Assembly: GCA_964390955.1 (NCBI GenBank)
Contig: CAYMKE010000001.1
Location: forward strand, 1-47,614
Direction: 5' to 3'
DNA: 47,614 nt
Source: an uncultured Bacteroidales bacterium
GTDB lineage: Bacteria > Bacteroidota > Bacteroidia > Bacteroidales > JBBRXJ01
Shown piece by piece: positions 36,138 to 46,605 of the stretch. The notes below the pieces were generated by a model. It was not told where the DNA came from. It ran no database searches and saw only the letters and a program-made list of their open reading frames with translations. Positions within the stretch are counted from its first letter, which is position 1. Each line of letters begins with the position of its first letter. The position numbers were made by a program, and so were the translations under genes.

Positions 36138-39100
36138 TAAAATTTTAATTTAACTCCTCCACCAAATGATTTTGTATTTGGAAGGGCTATATATTCAAAT
36201 CCTCCAATTCCATTTCCGCTTGACGTGCTGACCTCAGGATCAAAATTAGGATAATCTGTCATCAACCAAAGGTTTCGCCCGCTAAGATATACTGTTGCTG
36301 ATTGGGCAAACATAGACTCCAACCATTTTTCCGGAATATCATAGCTTATTCTGATTTCCCTTAATCTGAAAAATGTGGTATTGAATACGGCTGATTCGGA
36401 TATATTCCATAAAACCTGGTCATAATATACGTCCATTTTATCCGCAGGGATAAGAATATCATTATCTCCTTCAACCACCAATTGGCCATTATCATCTATG
36501 TATCCTTTTTTTGCATCTTCAACTTTTAATCCTTGTTCACGATTTTCTGTTTCTTCACCGATTCCGTATGCCCATAATAATGCGTTCATTCCACTGAACA
36601 TATTTCCGCCTTTCCGCCAGTCTGCCTGGATTGAAAATGTAAATGATTTATATTTAAGGGTATTAAAAAAATTAAATTCAAAATCAGGATTTACTTTTGC
36701 AATCACTTTTGGATCGCCCTGCAGAGGCATTCCATAATTCGGATTCAGGCTTCCGCTTTTAGTTGTTTTTCGGCTGTCTACAATAATATTGCCATTTTGA
36801 TCCCTGACATAAGAAGAACCGAAAATAACAGGATATTCAAGACCTTCATAGGCAAATACCCCAACACTCTCAAAATTCTGGTCACCCACTGCAATACGTT
36901 CTACTTCTTTTGATAAAGATTTCACTGTATTATTATAAGTAGTGAAATTGGTGCGGACGGTCCATGAAAAATTTTTGTTTTTGATAGGTTTTAAAGACAA
37001 CATCACCTCATGGCCAACAGTTTGAATTTCACCTGCATTCCTGTATTCATTAGCATACCCTGTTGACCTGGGCAGGGGCACTGTAAAAATCTGATCTTTT
37101 GCATTGGTTTTATAAAAAGTATAATCCACTCCTGCACGATTATTAAAAAACCGGAGGTCTATTCCTGTTTCAAAGGTATTGTTATTTTGAGGCCTTAAAT
37201 TATCTGTGCGTAATGTACTGGTTTCTGAATATGCAACAATCTCTTTATAAGGGAACGTATAACTGGTTTCTGATAAACCTGTTGTATGCGTAGTAGAATA
37301 ATAATAATTGTTTGTTGCATATATATCACCTGCCTGTCCTACCTGTGCATAAGAGACCCTGGCCTTACCGTATGCCAGGTATTTATTTTTTCTGAAATAA
37401 TCGAGTTCTGTAAACACAAAGCCAAAAGATACAGAAGGATAAAAAAATGTCCTGTTACCTCTTGGCATATTGGAAACAATGTCGGTCCGGCCGGTTGTTG
37501 TAAGGAACAATGTGCTTTTGTAGTCCATTTCGAGGCTTCCATATATACCAATAGTCCGTTCACGTGTTATGATACTGCTCACAAGCTGATCGTTGGTTCC
37601 CATAATATTATCAAATCCGCCAATCTGAATACCTGTACCCAGTAAACTCTGGGTTGCTGTTCTGGTATCATAAAATTCATTACCAAAGAGGACATTCATT
37701 CCAATATCTTCATTGATTTCCCGGGTTACATTGAGTTGCAAATTCGAATAAATTGAATTAAAATAAAAAATACGGTCTTTGATTTTGCCGCCGGAAGGCA
37801 AATCAGGCTCACTTGCTATTACAGGGTATCCTCTGCCCTCACCGGAACCCAGTGATACAACTTCTTTATCTTTCAGTGTATAATTGTCTATACCAGCCCT
37901 GTATGATGCATTGAACCAATCATTCGGAGAATACACAAAATTCATATTTCCAAAAAAACGGTTTGTTTGCTCATGATAATTATTATGTTCGAGTGCCCAG
38001 TATGGATTATCAGCATCTTTTCTGTAATGTTTTTGAATATATTGATTATCGGGGTGTTCATAAGGCGTATTGGCCAGATCATAGGTGCGGGGTGTGAAAT
38101 AAACTGAGAATAAAGGATTAGCCACATTCGGGCCATCTGGCACCTTATTTACTTTTATGTTTGAATGATTTAATGAAGTACCGGCTTTTATTTTATCCGT
38201 CAGGTTTATCATCCCTTTAAACTTTGTTGTATATTTATCCATTCCGGTTGCAGGAATGATTCCATTTTGGTTCACCGATGAAAACCCTAACGCATATTGT
38301 CCGTTTGTGTTTGATGTGGAGATATTTACAGAGTTTTTAAATGTTTCACCCGGTTGAAAAAAATCTCTAATATTGTCATAAACAGCGGGCGTATTCGTTG
38401 GTTTTCCTTCTACAGGAAAAGAATATGGATTTTGAGCACCTGTCATATAATTTTCTTCCTGTGATTGGTATGGTTTCAGGGTATCAATACGCGGCCCCCA
38501 TGAATAGGCTGAATACAGGTTAAGCCTGCCATCGTCACCTTGAGCATATTGATTTTGCAATTTCGGGAGTCGTGACACTTGTTCACAGGTATACGTTGAG
38601 TTAATTGTAACCAGGGTATTTTGTTTTGCATTTGCAGCAGCATCACCACTTTTTGTAGTGATCACCACAACACCATTCGATGCACGTAATCCGTAAAGAG
38701 CTGCTGCAGCAGCTCCTTTCAGAATATTTATCGATTTAATATCTGAAGGGTCTATATCAAGAGACCTCGAAGAAGGGTCTGTCCCTTCACCCAGTGATGT
38801 TGTAAAAGCCCTGTCTGTTGAGACAGGCATTCCATCTACAACATATAAAGGCTGATTATTGGTTGATATGGAACTATTCCCCCTGATCCTGACCTGTGAA
38901 CCTGCTCCGGGCATACCGCTTTTCTGTTGTACAAGTACTCCGGCTGCTTTTCCCTGCATTGCTTTGGCAATATCTTCTTCACCAGAATTCTCTATTTCAT
39001 CTCCTTCGACCTGTTGGGTTGTATATCCCAATGCTTTTTTCTCTTTTCTGATCCCCATGGCTGTTACCACCACTTCTTCAACAGCTATTGCTTTGGAACG

Positions 39101-39385
39101 AAGCGTCACATTTATCTGCCGGCGATCGTTCACGGGAACCGTCTGTGTTTCTTTTCCTACAAAACTAAAAACCAATGTATCATTGGGTGATGATACATTG
39201 ATGGTATATTTTCCGTCCAAATCGGTGATGGCCCCTCGACTTGTGCCTTTTACTATGATTGTGACACCGGGAATAGGCTGGCCGTCTTCTGCATCTGTAA
39301 CAACTCCTTTAATTTCTAATGACTGGGCTTCACTTCGCAAAATAAATCCGGCTAAACATAAAAAAACAAGTATCAATCTCTTCAT
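36137..39385 (-). CDS. SusC/RagA family TonB-linked outer-membrane transporter
   Basis: After a signal peptide comes a carboxypeptidase-regulatory-like domain (IKGVVTDAEDGQPIPGVTIIVKGT). The plug carries a TonB-box-like VVVTAMG. The barrel is 1082 aa and ends ...GGGVKLKF. No N-terminal STN extension is present. Confidence 0.93.
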   Translation of the reverse strand: MKRLILVFLCLAGFILRSEAQSLEIKGVVTDAEDGQPIPGVTIIVKGTSRGAITDLDGKYTINVSSPNDTLVFSFVGKETQTVPVNDRRQINVTLRSKAIAVEEVVVTAMGIRKEKKALGYTTQQVEGDEIENSGEEDIAKAMQGKAAGVLVQQKSGMPGAGSQVRIRGNSSISTNNQPLYVVDGMPVSTDRAFTTSLGEGTDPSSRSLDIDPSDIKSINILKGAAAAALYGLRASNGVVVITTKSGDAAANAKQNTLVTINSTYTCEQVSRLPKLQNQYAQGDDGRLNLYSAYSWGPRIDTLKPYQSQEENYMTGAQNPYSFPVEGKPTNTPAVYDNIRDFFQPGETFKNSVNISTSNTNGQYALGFSSVNQNGIIPATGMDKYTTKFKGMINLTDKIKAGTSLNHSNIKVNKVPDGPNVANPLFSVYFTPRTYDLANTPYEHPDNQYIQKHYRKDADNPYWALEHNNYHEQTNRFFGNMNFVYSPNDWFNASYRAGIDNYTLKDKEVVSLGSGEGRGYPVIASEPDLPSGGKIKDRIFYFNSIYSNLQLNVTREINEDIGMNVLFGNEFYDTRTATQSLLGTGIQIGGFDNIMGTNDQLVSSIITRERTIGIYGSLEMDYKSTLFLTTTGRTDIVSNMPRGNRTFFYPSVSFGFVFTELDYFRKNKYLAYGKARVSYAQVGQAGDIYATNNYYYSTTHTTGLSETSYTFPYKEIVAYSETSTLRTDNLRPQNNNTFETGIDLRFFNNRAGVDYTFYKTNAKDQIFTVPLPRSTGYANEYRNAGEIQTVGHEVMLSLKPIKNKNFSWTVRTNFTTYNNTVKSLSKEVERIAVGDQNFESVGVFAYEGLEYPVIFGSSYVRDQNGNIIVDSRKTTKSGSLNPNYGMPLQGDPKVIAKVNPDFEFNFFNTLKYKSFTFSIQADWRKGGNMFSGMNALLWAYGIGEETENREQGLKVEDAKKGYIDDNGQLVVEGDNDILIPADKMDVYYDQVLWNISESAVFNTTFFRLREIRISYDIPEKWLESMFAQSATVYLSGRNLWLMTDYPNFDPEVSTSSGNGIGGFEYIALPNTKSFGGGVKLKF

Positions 39386-39551
39386 TATACAAAAAAAAGA
39401 TGGTTATATTTTCCGTTCAAATATCTGTAATTTTTTGTTAACTAAAAAGAAAAAAATCATTTTATTAATATTTTATTGTCCGGACATTTCCTGAAACGAA
39501 AATTATACACGCGATAAAGTTATATACAGCCTGCATAATCTAAATGAAATA

Positions 39552-40109
39552 TTATTTTTCAAACACGGCCGTTCTGCTGAAAAAAATCGAAGGCCTGTCA
39601 ACTAAATTAAGTCCTGTCTCCCGGAAATTTTCCATCACGCGTTGAAATGGTTCCTTTTTTACATGAAACACGGGCTCTGAAACAAATAATTTCCCGCCTG
39701 GTTTTAGCGCATCATGTATTGTCCTGAATAATTTTTCTTGTTCAGGTATTTCGTGTATGACATAGAAAGCCAGGATAAAATCCATACAATTTTTATATCC
39801 TATACTGCTGAATGGCCTGTTTTCTAATTCAATTACATTTGAAATTTCGTTAGCCTCCATTTTCCTTTTAACAAGATCAAGCATTCCTTGCTGAATATCC
39901 AGTGCAATGATCTTACCTGTCTCGTTTAGCATTCGTGCCATAGGAACTAAAAAATAGCCCGGGCCACACCCCAGGTCCAATACTGTCATATCAGGTTGTA
40001 TATATCTTTTAAGAATTTTTTTAGGAGGTTGTAATAATTTGCGCATCAAGCTATCTAGATTGCCAGCCTGTTCTACCGGGCAAATCCGTTTATCATTTTG
40101 ATTACTCAT
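39552..40109 (-). CDS. Class I SAM-dependent methyltransferase
   Basis: Motif I is VLDLGCGPGYF, followed by a post-I acidic residue (ALDIQ) and LKPGGKLFV. Length is 185 aa. Confidence 0.8.
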   Translation of the reverse strand: MSNQNDKRICPVEQAGNLDSLMRKLLQPPKKILKRYIQPDMTVLDLGCGPGYFLVPMARMLNETGKIIALDIQQGMLDLVKRKMEANEISNVIELENRPFSSIGYKNCMDFILAFYVIHEIPEQEKLFRTIHDALKPGGKLFVSEPVFHVKKEPFQRVMENFRETGLNLVDRPSIFFSRTAVFEK

Positions 40110-40185
40110 GACTATTTTCTGGTTTTATGATTATCTATACTAAGACGTAATCATACAAAAATATTATATTATATTCATATTTATT

Positions 40186-40222
40186 TAATAAAAAAGGCTG
40201 CCCCTTTCGAGACAGCCTTTGC
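40186..40222 (-). terminator. Rho-independent terminator after the giant T9SS gene
   Basis: The - strand reads AAAGGCUGUCUC-GAAA-GGGGCAGCCUUU followed by UU-AUU. The stem is 8 Watson-Crick pairs plus a G-U-containing extension around a GAAA loop. It lies 27 nt downstream of the stop at 40249. Confidence 0.7.
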
Positions 40223-40248
40223 TAAAGAACAGAATCTGAACTTTAACC

Positions 40249-43200
40249 CTAAAACACGATAAACGTTTTTTTGTGTATTTTACCGTTTTGTGATATAACC
40301 ACTATATACGTTCCTTTTTGTAAATCCGATACATTGATCTTTGATTCATTATTCATTTGTCTGGCCATGATCATTTTTCCATTGATTGAATAAATCCGGA
40401 TTATTGCATGATCAATATTTGTAAAGTGAATAACACCATTGGTTACAGGGTTTGGATACATTTTTATTTCACTTGCAACCGCATCTATCCCGGTAATAAT
40501 ATCAAGATTACCAGTTGATTCGGAAGCAAATGAATTCATTGTTGCTTTCTTCCTGACAATAATGTTATTGCTTCCACTTGTATTCACCGTTGTTGTATCA
40601 GTTATCAAATACCATACTGTACCACCATCGGTTGAATATTGCATGCCATCACTTGTAGCAACCGTATCATTTCCGGGTTTTACAAAAACTGCTTCTGGTG
40701 AATCCTGGTCTGATAATGAGACCGAGGGTGCTTCAGGACGTGCCGGAATGGTAAGTTTTACAACTTCAGAAGCGAGTTCAGATGCATTTGCTTTTGTCAT
40801 AAAATACAAAGTATCTGCTGCATTACCGGCTGCAGGGACATTCAAATCAATCACCGTGCCTGCTCCGGTAGTTGTATCTGAAGCAAAATTATCATTCGAA
40901 TAGATTACAGCCGAAGGGATTGTTTCAGCGGTTGTCTCATCTTCATAATTTATTGAAACAGAAGGAGGATCGGATTTTTGTACCTGAATAACCAATCTGT
41001 AATTGGATGTATTGGCTTTTTCCCTTACATACACCGGCCCTTCTATAAAAATCACACTGGTTGATGTATTTGAGCAATCATGCCAGTCACCGTCGGTACC
41101 ATCGGTTGAATTCAGGCTATACTCCATCGTGGTAAGTGTATTCTGCAATAGTCCTTCTGCAACGTTTGCACTCACATTGGATAAGACAAGGTCTCCATCC
41201 AGATTCTCTGTTGATTCTGATGCAAAAGCTGAACCTGTAGCTTTTACCCTTACCCGTATATCCTGATCGCCGCGGGAGTCAACCGTTGTTGCATCCAGAA
41301 TATCATTCCATGTACTGCCCTGATCAAGTGTATATTCATAACCATCTGCTGTGGATACCGTATCGCCGGTACCGTCAGCAGATTTCATAAAGCATGCATT
41401 GGCAGAGCTTTGATCTGATAATGAAACAACAGGTGAAGCTTCACGGGCCGGAACAACCAGGTTCTGAACAGAAGACACAAAGCTTGACGCAGTAGCCAAT
41501 GACCTGAAATAAACATATTCATCGTCACTGCCATAGGCAGGGATTAGCCCGGATAAATTCAGGGCCGTTCCATCTCCCTGGGTACCTGCAGTTGCAAAGC
41601 TATCTAAAGAATATTCATCCGTTGCAGCAATGGCTTCTGCCGTAGTTTCTGCACTGTAATCAATTGAATAAGCCGGAGAAGCAGGCCTTTCCGGTATTTC
41701 CAATGCCTGGATGTCAGATGCTAAAGCCGTATCATTGGCTTTTGTCCTTAAATAAACAGTATCACTTCCTTCTCCATATTCAGGGACGGACAGGCTTAGT
41801 GGTTGTCCATTTCCATCGGTTCCCCCGGAGGCAAAGTTGTCATACGAGTATTCATCTGTTGAAGGAATTGATTCATTGGTAGCTTCATTTTCGTAATCTA
41901 TTGAATACGATGGCGTTACTTGTTTGGCAATGGTGGCAACAAGCCTGTAATTGGATGTTTCAGATGCTTCCCTGACATATACATCACCTTCTATAAAACT
42001 CACGGTGGTGGAAGAGTTTTCACAAGCTGACCAGTCACCATCCGTGCCATTCGTAGAATTCAAGCTGTATTCCATCGTGGACAAGGTATTGGTTAGTATC
42101 TCCTGTGCAACGTTTACATCTACCATAGTAAGATCCAATGGCCCGTTCAAATTACCTGTGGAAGTAGATGCAAATGTTGTATCCGTTGCATTAACCCTTG
42201 CATAAATTGTGTCATTCACACTTGCATCAACAACGGTTGTGTCTTCAATGTCATCCCATGTTTCACCAACATCAATCGTATACTCATATCCGTCAGTAGC
42301 TGCAACTGTATCACCTGTTCCATCGGCAGATTTTACAAAACGGGCATTTTCAATGCCTTTTTCAGACAACGAAACAATAGGTGCTGCATCTCTTGCAGGA
42401 ATAACAAGGTCTTGTATTTGAGATGCAAGCTCATATCGTGTTGCATTGGTTCTGAAATAAAGATGTCCGTCAGCATCACCATAATCAGGAACATTCAATT
42501 CTACCGGAGTACCGTCTCCATTTGTCACATCGTTCTCAAAATTATCTGTAGAATAAGAATCTGTAGCCGGTACATTTTCGGCAGTTGTCTCATTTATATA
42601 ATCAATTGTATATTCCGGGGCGGAGCCTGGTTCTGCTATGGTATAAACCACGCGCGAATTGGATGGTTTGTTTTTCTGACGTACCACTACATCACCGGGT
42701 TCAAACAAAACACCTTCTGTTGTCATATTACTACAATTTTTCCATTCACCGCCATTGATCTGGTATTCCATTGTAGATTCGGTAAAAATCAACATGCTGT
42801 CACGAACATTTATATCCACATTATCCAGATTAATATCTGCAATATATTCAAATGACAGTTCATCTCCAAAATAGGTGATGCCATCGTAACTCCCTATTAA
42901 CTTATAATAATATGTAGTTGTTTCCAGGTTATTAAGTATTCCATTCACACTCACTTTCACAGTGCCCTGGGCTGAATCAGGGGATGCAGTAATGGTATCA
43001 TATTGTTCTCCCGGCGTAAAAGGAGATGTGTATCTCACAGCGAAGCGCAGGTTTTTCACTAATTGATCTTTGGGGTCAACGCTTCCATATAATATTGCAG
43101 AATCTGCATCCACAACACTGCTGTCTGTAAAGATTTCAGGTGAATTGGGGTCTGCCAGTTCATAAGCGCCAATATCAATAATTTTTGAACCGTCTTCATC

Positions 43201-44742
43201 CCCGTCCTGTATTCTCGGGAAGTTCTCTCCCCGTTGGTCACCGCTCGGCGGATTACTAACAAGGGAGTCTCCTGCGTCAACTGCCGGGCTGGTATTTTGT
43301 AGTGCATGGGTTTTGGTGCTTCCTCCGTTATCTTCCAATGCATTTAATAATGGATCCAATACCCCGGATGACGTACCTGCATAATCATTATTACCATTCG
43401 GATTACCCTCAGGGAAGCTGGCTGCCGAACCACTATTGTCACCAATCAAATTATATCCATTGGTAGTGATTGTCCCTTCCTGTTCGCATACATCAGGATA
43501 ATCATTGCCGCTTGTTGAACCATCCATGTTTGCAGCTATGATGTTATGGGTTAATATGAGGGTTCCACCATTATTGAATACCCCGCCTCCATCACCGGTT
43601 TCATCATCATTGGTATTGCATGTATTTTTAGCAATGGTACTGTGAGACATGATGACTTCTCCGGTATTATAAATGGCGCCTCCGTTTCCTTTGGTGGTAT
43701 TTCCGCTAAAAGTAGATTGTTTAATGGTGTCGTTGGCAGCATTTAAGTTTGTGAGGCCACCGCCGGTATGTCCGGCTACATTATTTATTATAGTGCTGCC
43801 GGAAATATTAATTCCCACCGGGTCAGCCAATGGAAATTTCAGTAATATTCCGCCACCTGTACCATTGGTTGTGTTGCCATCAATGGAACAATCTTCTATT
43901 GTTGCATCAATATTCGGGTAATTTGAATTTCCTGACAAATAAATACCGCCACCGCCTTGTAAGCTGTCATTCGCAACAGCCACTGTGCTGGTATTATTCA
44001 CTACTTGTGTTCCGGTGACATCAAGTGTGATGCTCGCCTCTCCGTCTGCAATGGAAGCAATACCGCCACAAGGCCCCTGGGTTGCTTTATTACCCTTTAT
44101 AAAACTATTATCAATACTTACAGAAAAAGGCATACCCATTATACCTCCTTCATTATAATTTAAAATCCCGGCACAACTATCTGCCGTATTTGAGGATACA
44201 GCAACATCTGTTAAATCTAAATTGCTACTATTAAAAATACCTCCTCCTGCCGATGCCTGGCATTCTTCGATTTTAACATTTTCAAGGGTTAGGTACATTG
44301 AAGCATTTGCAATGCCTCCACCCGGATAGGTTGTATTGCCATACCTGATGGTTAAATCTTTAATTGTCACACGTTGATCCGGGGCAATATAAAACACTCT
44401 ATTCGATGCGTTCCCCGGAAGGGAAGCCGGTTGTATGATTGTTTCATCCGGGCCGGTTCCCTGTATTGTAATGTCTTTGTTCACATAAATACCTCCCCCC
44501 GGATTTTGTCCCATGCCTTGTTCATGCACTTGCTCGGTCAGTGTTCCGTGAACTTCAATGGTTCCGAACATAACCTCGCTTATTGCATGGGTTAATGTAG
44601 CCCATGGGGTTTCAGGGTTTTGAGCTTCCTCTAGTGTATAGGAATCATCACCAATGCCTGCATTAACATAATAGGTTTCCTGGGCAAACAACGCCCCGCT
44701 AATCAATAAACTACAAATCAAAAGTATCAATTTTCTTTTCAT
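40249..44742 (-). CDS. Giant secreted protein: right-handed beta-helix (choice-of-anchor-Q/PMP-like GGGI repeats), three tandem A-B-C module sets and a T9SS C-terminal sorting domain
   Basis: A signal peptide leads in. The motifs GGGI(F/Y/A)N, GGAIYN and GGGVFNN recur across aa 80-400. DQRG..FPR...IDIGAYE closes the helix at about aa 500-530. Repeated modules fill aa 640-1415. The CTD is MYPNPVTNGVIHF...GTYIVVI...KKTFIVF. Confidence 0.85.
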   Translation of the reverse strand: MKRKLILLICSLLISGALFAQETYYVNAGIGDDSYTLEEAQNPETPWATLTHAISEVMFGTIEVHGTLTEQVHEQGMGQNPGGGIYVNKDITIQGTGPDETIIQPASLPGNASNRVFYIAPDQRVTIKDLTIRYGNTTYPGGGIANASMYLTLENVKIEECQASAGGGIFNSSNLDLTDVAVSSNTADSCAGILNYNEGGIMGMPFSVSIDNSFIKGNKATQGPCGGIASIADGEASITLDVTGTQVVNNTSTVAVANDSLQGGGGIYLSGNSNYPNIDATIEDCSIDGNTTNGTGGGILLKFPLADPVGINISGSTIINNVAGHTGGGLTNLNAANDTIKQSTFSGNTTKGNGGAIYNTGEVIMSHSTIAKNTCNTNDDETGDGGGVFNNGGTLILTHNIIAANMDGSTSGNDYPDVCEQEGTITTNGYNLIGDNSGSAASFPEGNPNGNNDYAGTSSGVLDPLLNALEDNGGSTKTHALQNTSPAVDAGDSLVSNPPSGDQRGENFPRIQDGDEDGSKIIDIGAYELADPNSPEIFTDSSVVDADSAILYGSVDPKDQLVKNLRFAVRYTSPFTPGEQYDTITASPDSAQGTVKVSVNGILNNLETTTYYYKLIGSYDGITYFGDELSFEYIADINLDNVDINVRDSMLIFTESTMEYQINGGEWKNCSNMTTEGVLFEPGDVVVRQKNKPSNSRVVYTIAEPGSAPEYTIDYINETTAENVPATDSYSTDNFENDVTNGDGTPVELNVPDYGDADGHLYFRTNATRYELASQIQDLVIPARDAAPIVSLSEKGIENARFVKSADGTGDTVAATDGYEYTIDVGETWDDIEDTTVVDASVNDTIYARVNATDTTFASTSTGNLNGPLDLTMVDVNVAQEILTNTLSTMEYSLNSTNGTDGDWSACENSSTTVSFIEGDVYVREASETSNYRLVATIAKQVTPSYSIDYENEATNESIPSTDEYSYDNFASGGTDGNGQPLSLSVPEYGEGSDTVYLRTKANDTALASDIQALEIPERPASPAYSIDYSAETTAEAIAATDEYSLDSFATAGTQGDGTALNLSGLIPAYGSDDEYVYFRSLATASSFVSSVQNLVVPAREASPVVSLSDQSSANACFMKSADGTGDTVSTADGYEYTLDQGSTWNDILDATTVDSRGDQDIRVRVKATGSAFASESTENLDGDLVLSNVSANVAEGLLQNTLTTMEYSLNSTDGTDGDWHDCSNTSTSVIFIEGPVYVREKANTSNYRLVIQVQKSDPPSVSINYEDETTAETIPSAVIYSNDNFASDTTTGAGTVIDLNVPAAGNAADTLYFMTKANASELASEVVKLTIPARPEAPSVSLSDQDSPEAVFVKPGNDTVATSDGMQYSTDGGTVWYLITDTTTVNTSGSNNIIVRKKATMNSFASESTGNLDIITGIDAVASEIKMYPNPVTNGVIHFTNIDHAIIRIYSINGKMIMARQMNNESKINVSDLQKGTYIVVISQNGKIHKKTFIVF

Positions 44743-44904
44743 GATGAATTTGGTTTTAATTAAACAATATATTTGAAAAATTTTTAATTCTTTGATTTTA
44801 TTCCCTTATTATATTCAGACATTATTTAATTCAATGTTCCCTATTCAAAAATTATTTGTAATTTTATTTTTATTTTACATTTATAATAAAAGCCATTTTT
44901 TTCG

Positions 44905-45432
44905 ATGATGGACATAAGAAACAAACATGATTTTGAGCTGATTTATAAAAAGCACTACACAATGCTTTATCACATCATCATTAAAATAACAGAAGATAAA
45001 GGTGTTACAGAGGATATTATACAGGATGTTTTTATAAAAATCTGGAATAAGCGGAATGAATTGAACATTCATGGATCTGTGAAATCATATCTCATTAAAT
45101 CCTGCATTAATTCAACCATCAATTTTTTAAATCATCAACGTAACAAAAATGAAATGCCACTTGAGGAATATGCTTTAACTGATGAAAGCAACAACGACAC
45201 ATACCATCATGCTTTAGATAAACAATACATAAAAAAAAGAATGCGCCAGGAGATCAACCAACTCCCAGGCATGTGCAGAACTGTTTTCATCCTGAACAGG
45301 TTTGAAAAGATGAGCTATAAAGAAATTGCCAATTACCTTGATATTTCTGTGAAAACTGTTGATAATCATTTATGGAAGGCAGTAACGTACTTACGAAAAA
45401 AATTGAATGCATTAAAAGAAGGAAACATTTAA
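44905..45432 (+). CDS. ECF-type RNA polymerase sigma-70 factor (Bacteroidetes expansion family)
   Basis: Region 2 reads EDIIQDVFIKIWNKR. Region 4 HTH reads MSYKEIANYLDISVKTVDNHLWKA. Length is 175 aa. Confidence 0.9.
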   Translation: MMDIRNKHDFELIYKKHYTMLYHIIIKITEDKGVTEDIIQDVFIKIWNKRNELNIHGSVKSYLIKSCINSTINFLNHQRNKNEMPLEEYALTDESNNDTYHHALDKQYIKKRMRQEINQLPGMCRTVFILNRFEKMSYKEIANYLDISVKTVDNHLWKAVTYLRKKLNALKEGNI

Positions 45433-45437
45433 AAAAG

Positions 45438-46538
45438 ATGGCCTGTATTTGTCGGATGAAACGAAAAATCTACATTTTATTTCTTTTATTTTTTATAGTA
45501 CCGGATATTCATGCCTCTGACGACAAACTTGATTCCATTATCAGTATTCACGAAAATGATGTTATGATTTCACACATTTTGGATATGATAAGCAAAGAAT
45601 ACGGTATCAATTTTTCGTTTTCAAAAACCATATTACCATTGGAAAAAAAAGTAAATATCAAAGCTTACAAACAGCCTGTCAGAAAAATATTAGACCGCCT
45701 GTTTATTGGTACAGGTATCCGTTACACCTCTATTAAGAAACATGTTGTTTTAATATTCGATCCGGAAAAATCCACCTTTAATCCAAACAATAAAACACCG
45801 GAAGTTATTATTATTTCTGCTCGTAATAAAGATATAACATCAACTCACACTCAACAATCAGGAAACGAAATAATAAAAAAAGACACTATACAACGGAATA
45901 ATTTATCTTCTATAAAATCTATCACACCTTTAAAATCAATACCACTTCAATCAAAAAAGTTCAATATGCCCGACACTATAAATATAGATACAAATATTCT
46001 GAATAATCAGTATAACGAAAATAACATTCACACGGTTCAAGCCGGCTTATTCAAATTAAGTGCCGGCGGGTGTTATGATTTTTATTATCACTCTTTTGGT
46101 ATAGAATCTTCAATATTTAAATCTGTTTTTAAAAAAATTTCGTTTTCACTATCTGTCAATTTATTTCCAACGAACCAAATCTTCTTTCCTGATGAAAATT
46201 ATGATATTAAACTAAAACAATGGCATGGCCGTCTGAATATCTTATATCAATTTGCATCATTTGGAAATTTTTCCACAACAATCAGCGGGGGATATAATTA
46301 TGCTTCAAAAACATTTATGACAAGCCAATATTTAGAATACATATCTTTGTATGGAGAACGCAAAGAAACTATTTATAATAACAAAGAGCATATCATTAAT
46401 CATGGACTGAATACAGGAATTATGAGCATATATCAATTTCATCGCATCTGTTTTTATTTAAAATATTATTATACATTTTCAGGTAGCGCACAGTCAGTGT
46501 TATCTTCCGGTTTTGTAATAAATTTTCATAAAAAATAG
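45438..46538 (+). CDS. Stand-alone STN (secretin/TonB N-terminal) domain protein with a putative small C-terminal beta-barrel
   Basis: A signal peptide (ILFLLFFIVPDIHA) precedes an STN-like segment, VMISHILDMISKEYGINFSFS...VRKILDRLFIGTGIRYTSIKKHVVL. The C-terminal half has alternating hydrophobic beta-strand patterning and ends GFVINFHKK. The start is taken at 45438 or 45456, not the tracked 45372. Confidence 0.6.
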   Translation: MACICRMKRKIYILFLLFFIVPDIHASDDKLDSIISIHENDVMISHILDMISKEYGINFSFSKTILPLEKKVNIKAYKQPVRKILDRLFIGTGIRYTSIKKHVVLIFDPEKSTFNPNNKTPEVIIISARNKDITSTHTQQSGNEIIKKDTIQRNNLSSIKSITPLKSIPLQSKKFNMPDTINIDTNILNNQYNENNIHTVQAGLFKLSAGGCYDFYYHSFGIESSIFKSVFKKISFSLSVNLFPTNQIFFPDENYDIKLKQWHGRLNILYQFASFGNFSTTISGGYNYASKTFMTSQYLEYISLYGERKETIYNNKEHIINHGLNTGIMSIYQFHRICFYLKYYYTFSGSAQSVLSSGFVINFHKK

Positions 46539-46605
46539 TTTTTTTAATAAGGAAACATGTTTAAATATATGTCTTAATAATAAATAAAATTCATAAAAAA
46601 TAATT

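Noticed and set aside
40249-44742. The giant T9SS gene as a horizontally acquired, compositionally distinct island.
   Set aside because: Spot counts of G+C in 60-nt lines (about 45%) were similar to housekeeping genes such as guaA and rfbB (45-48%). The apparent contrast is with AT-rich intergenic DNA only.
44881-45072. 63-aa antisense ORF overlapping the ECF sigma start, and the tracked extension 45372-45437 of the STN gene.
   Set aside because: The first is antisense to a clear sigma factor. The second overlaps the sigma 3' end by 61 nt and precedes a good signal peptide that starts at the ATG at 45438 or 45456.
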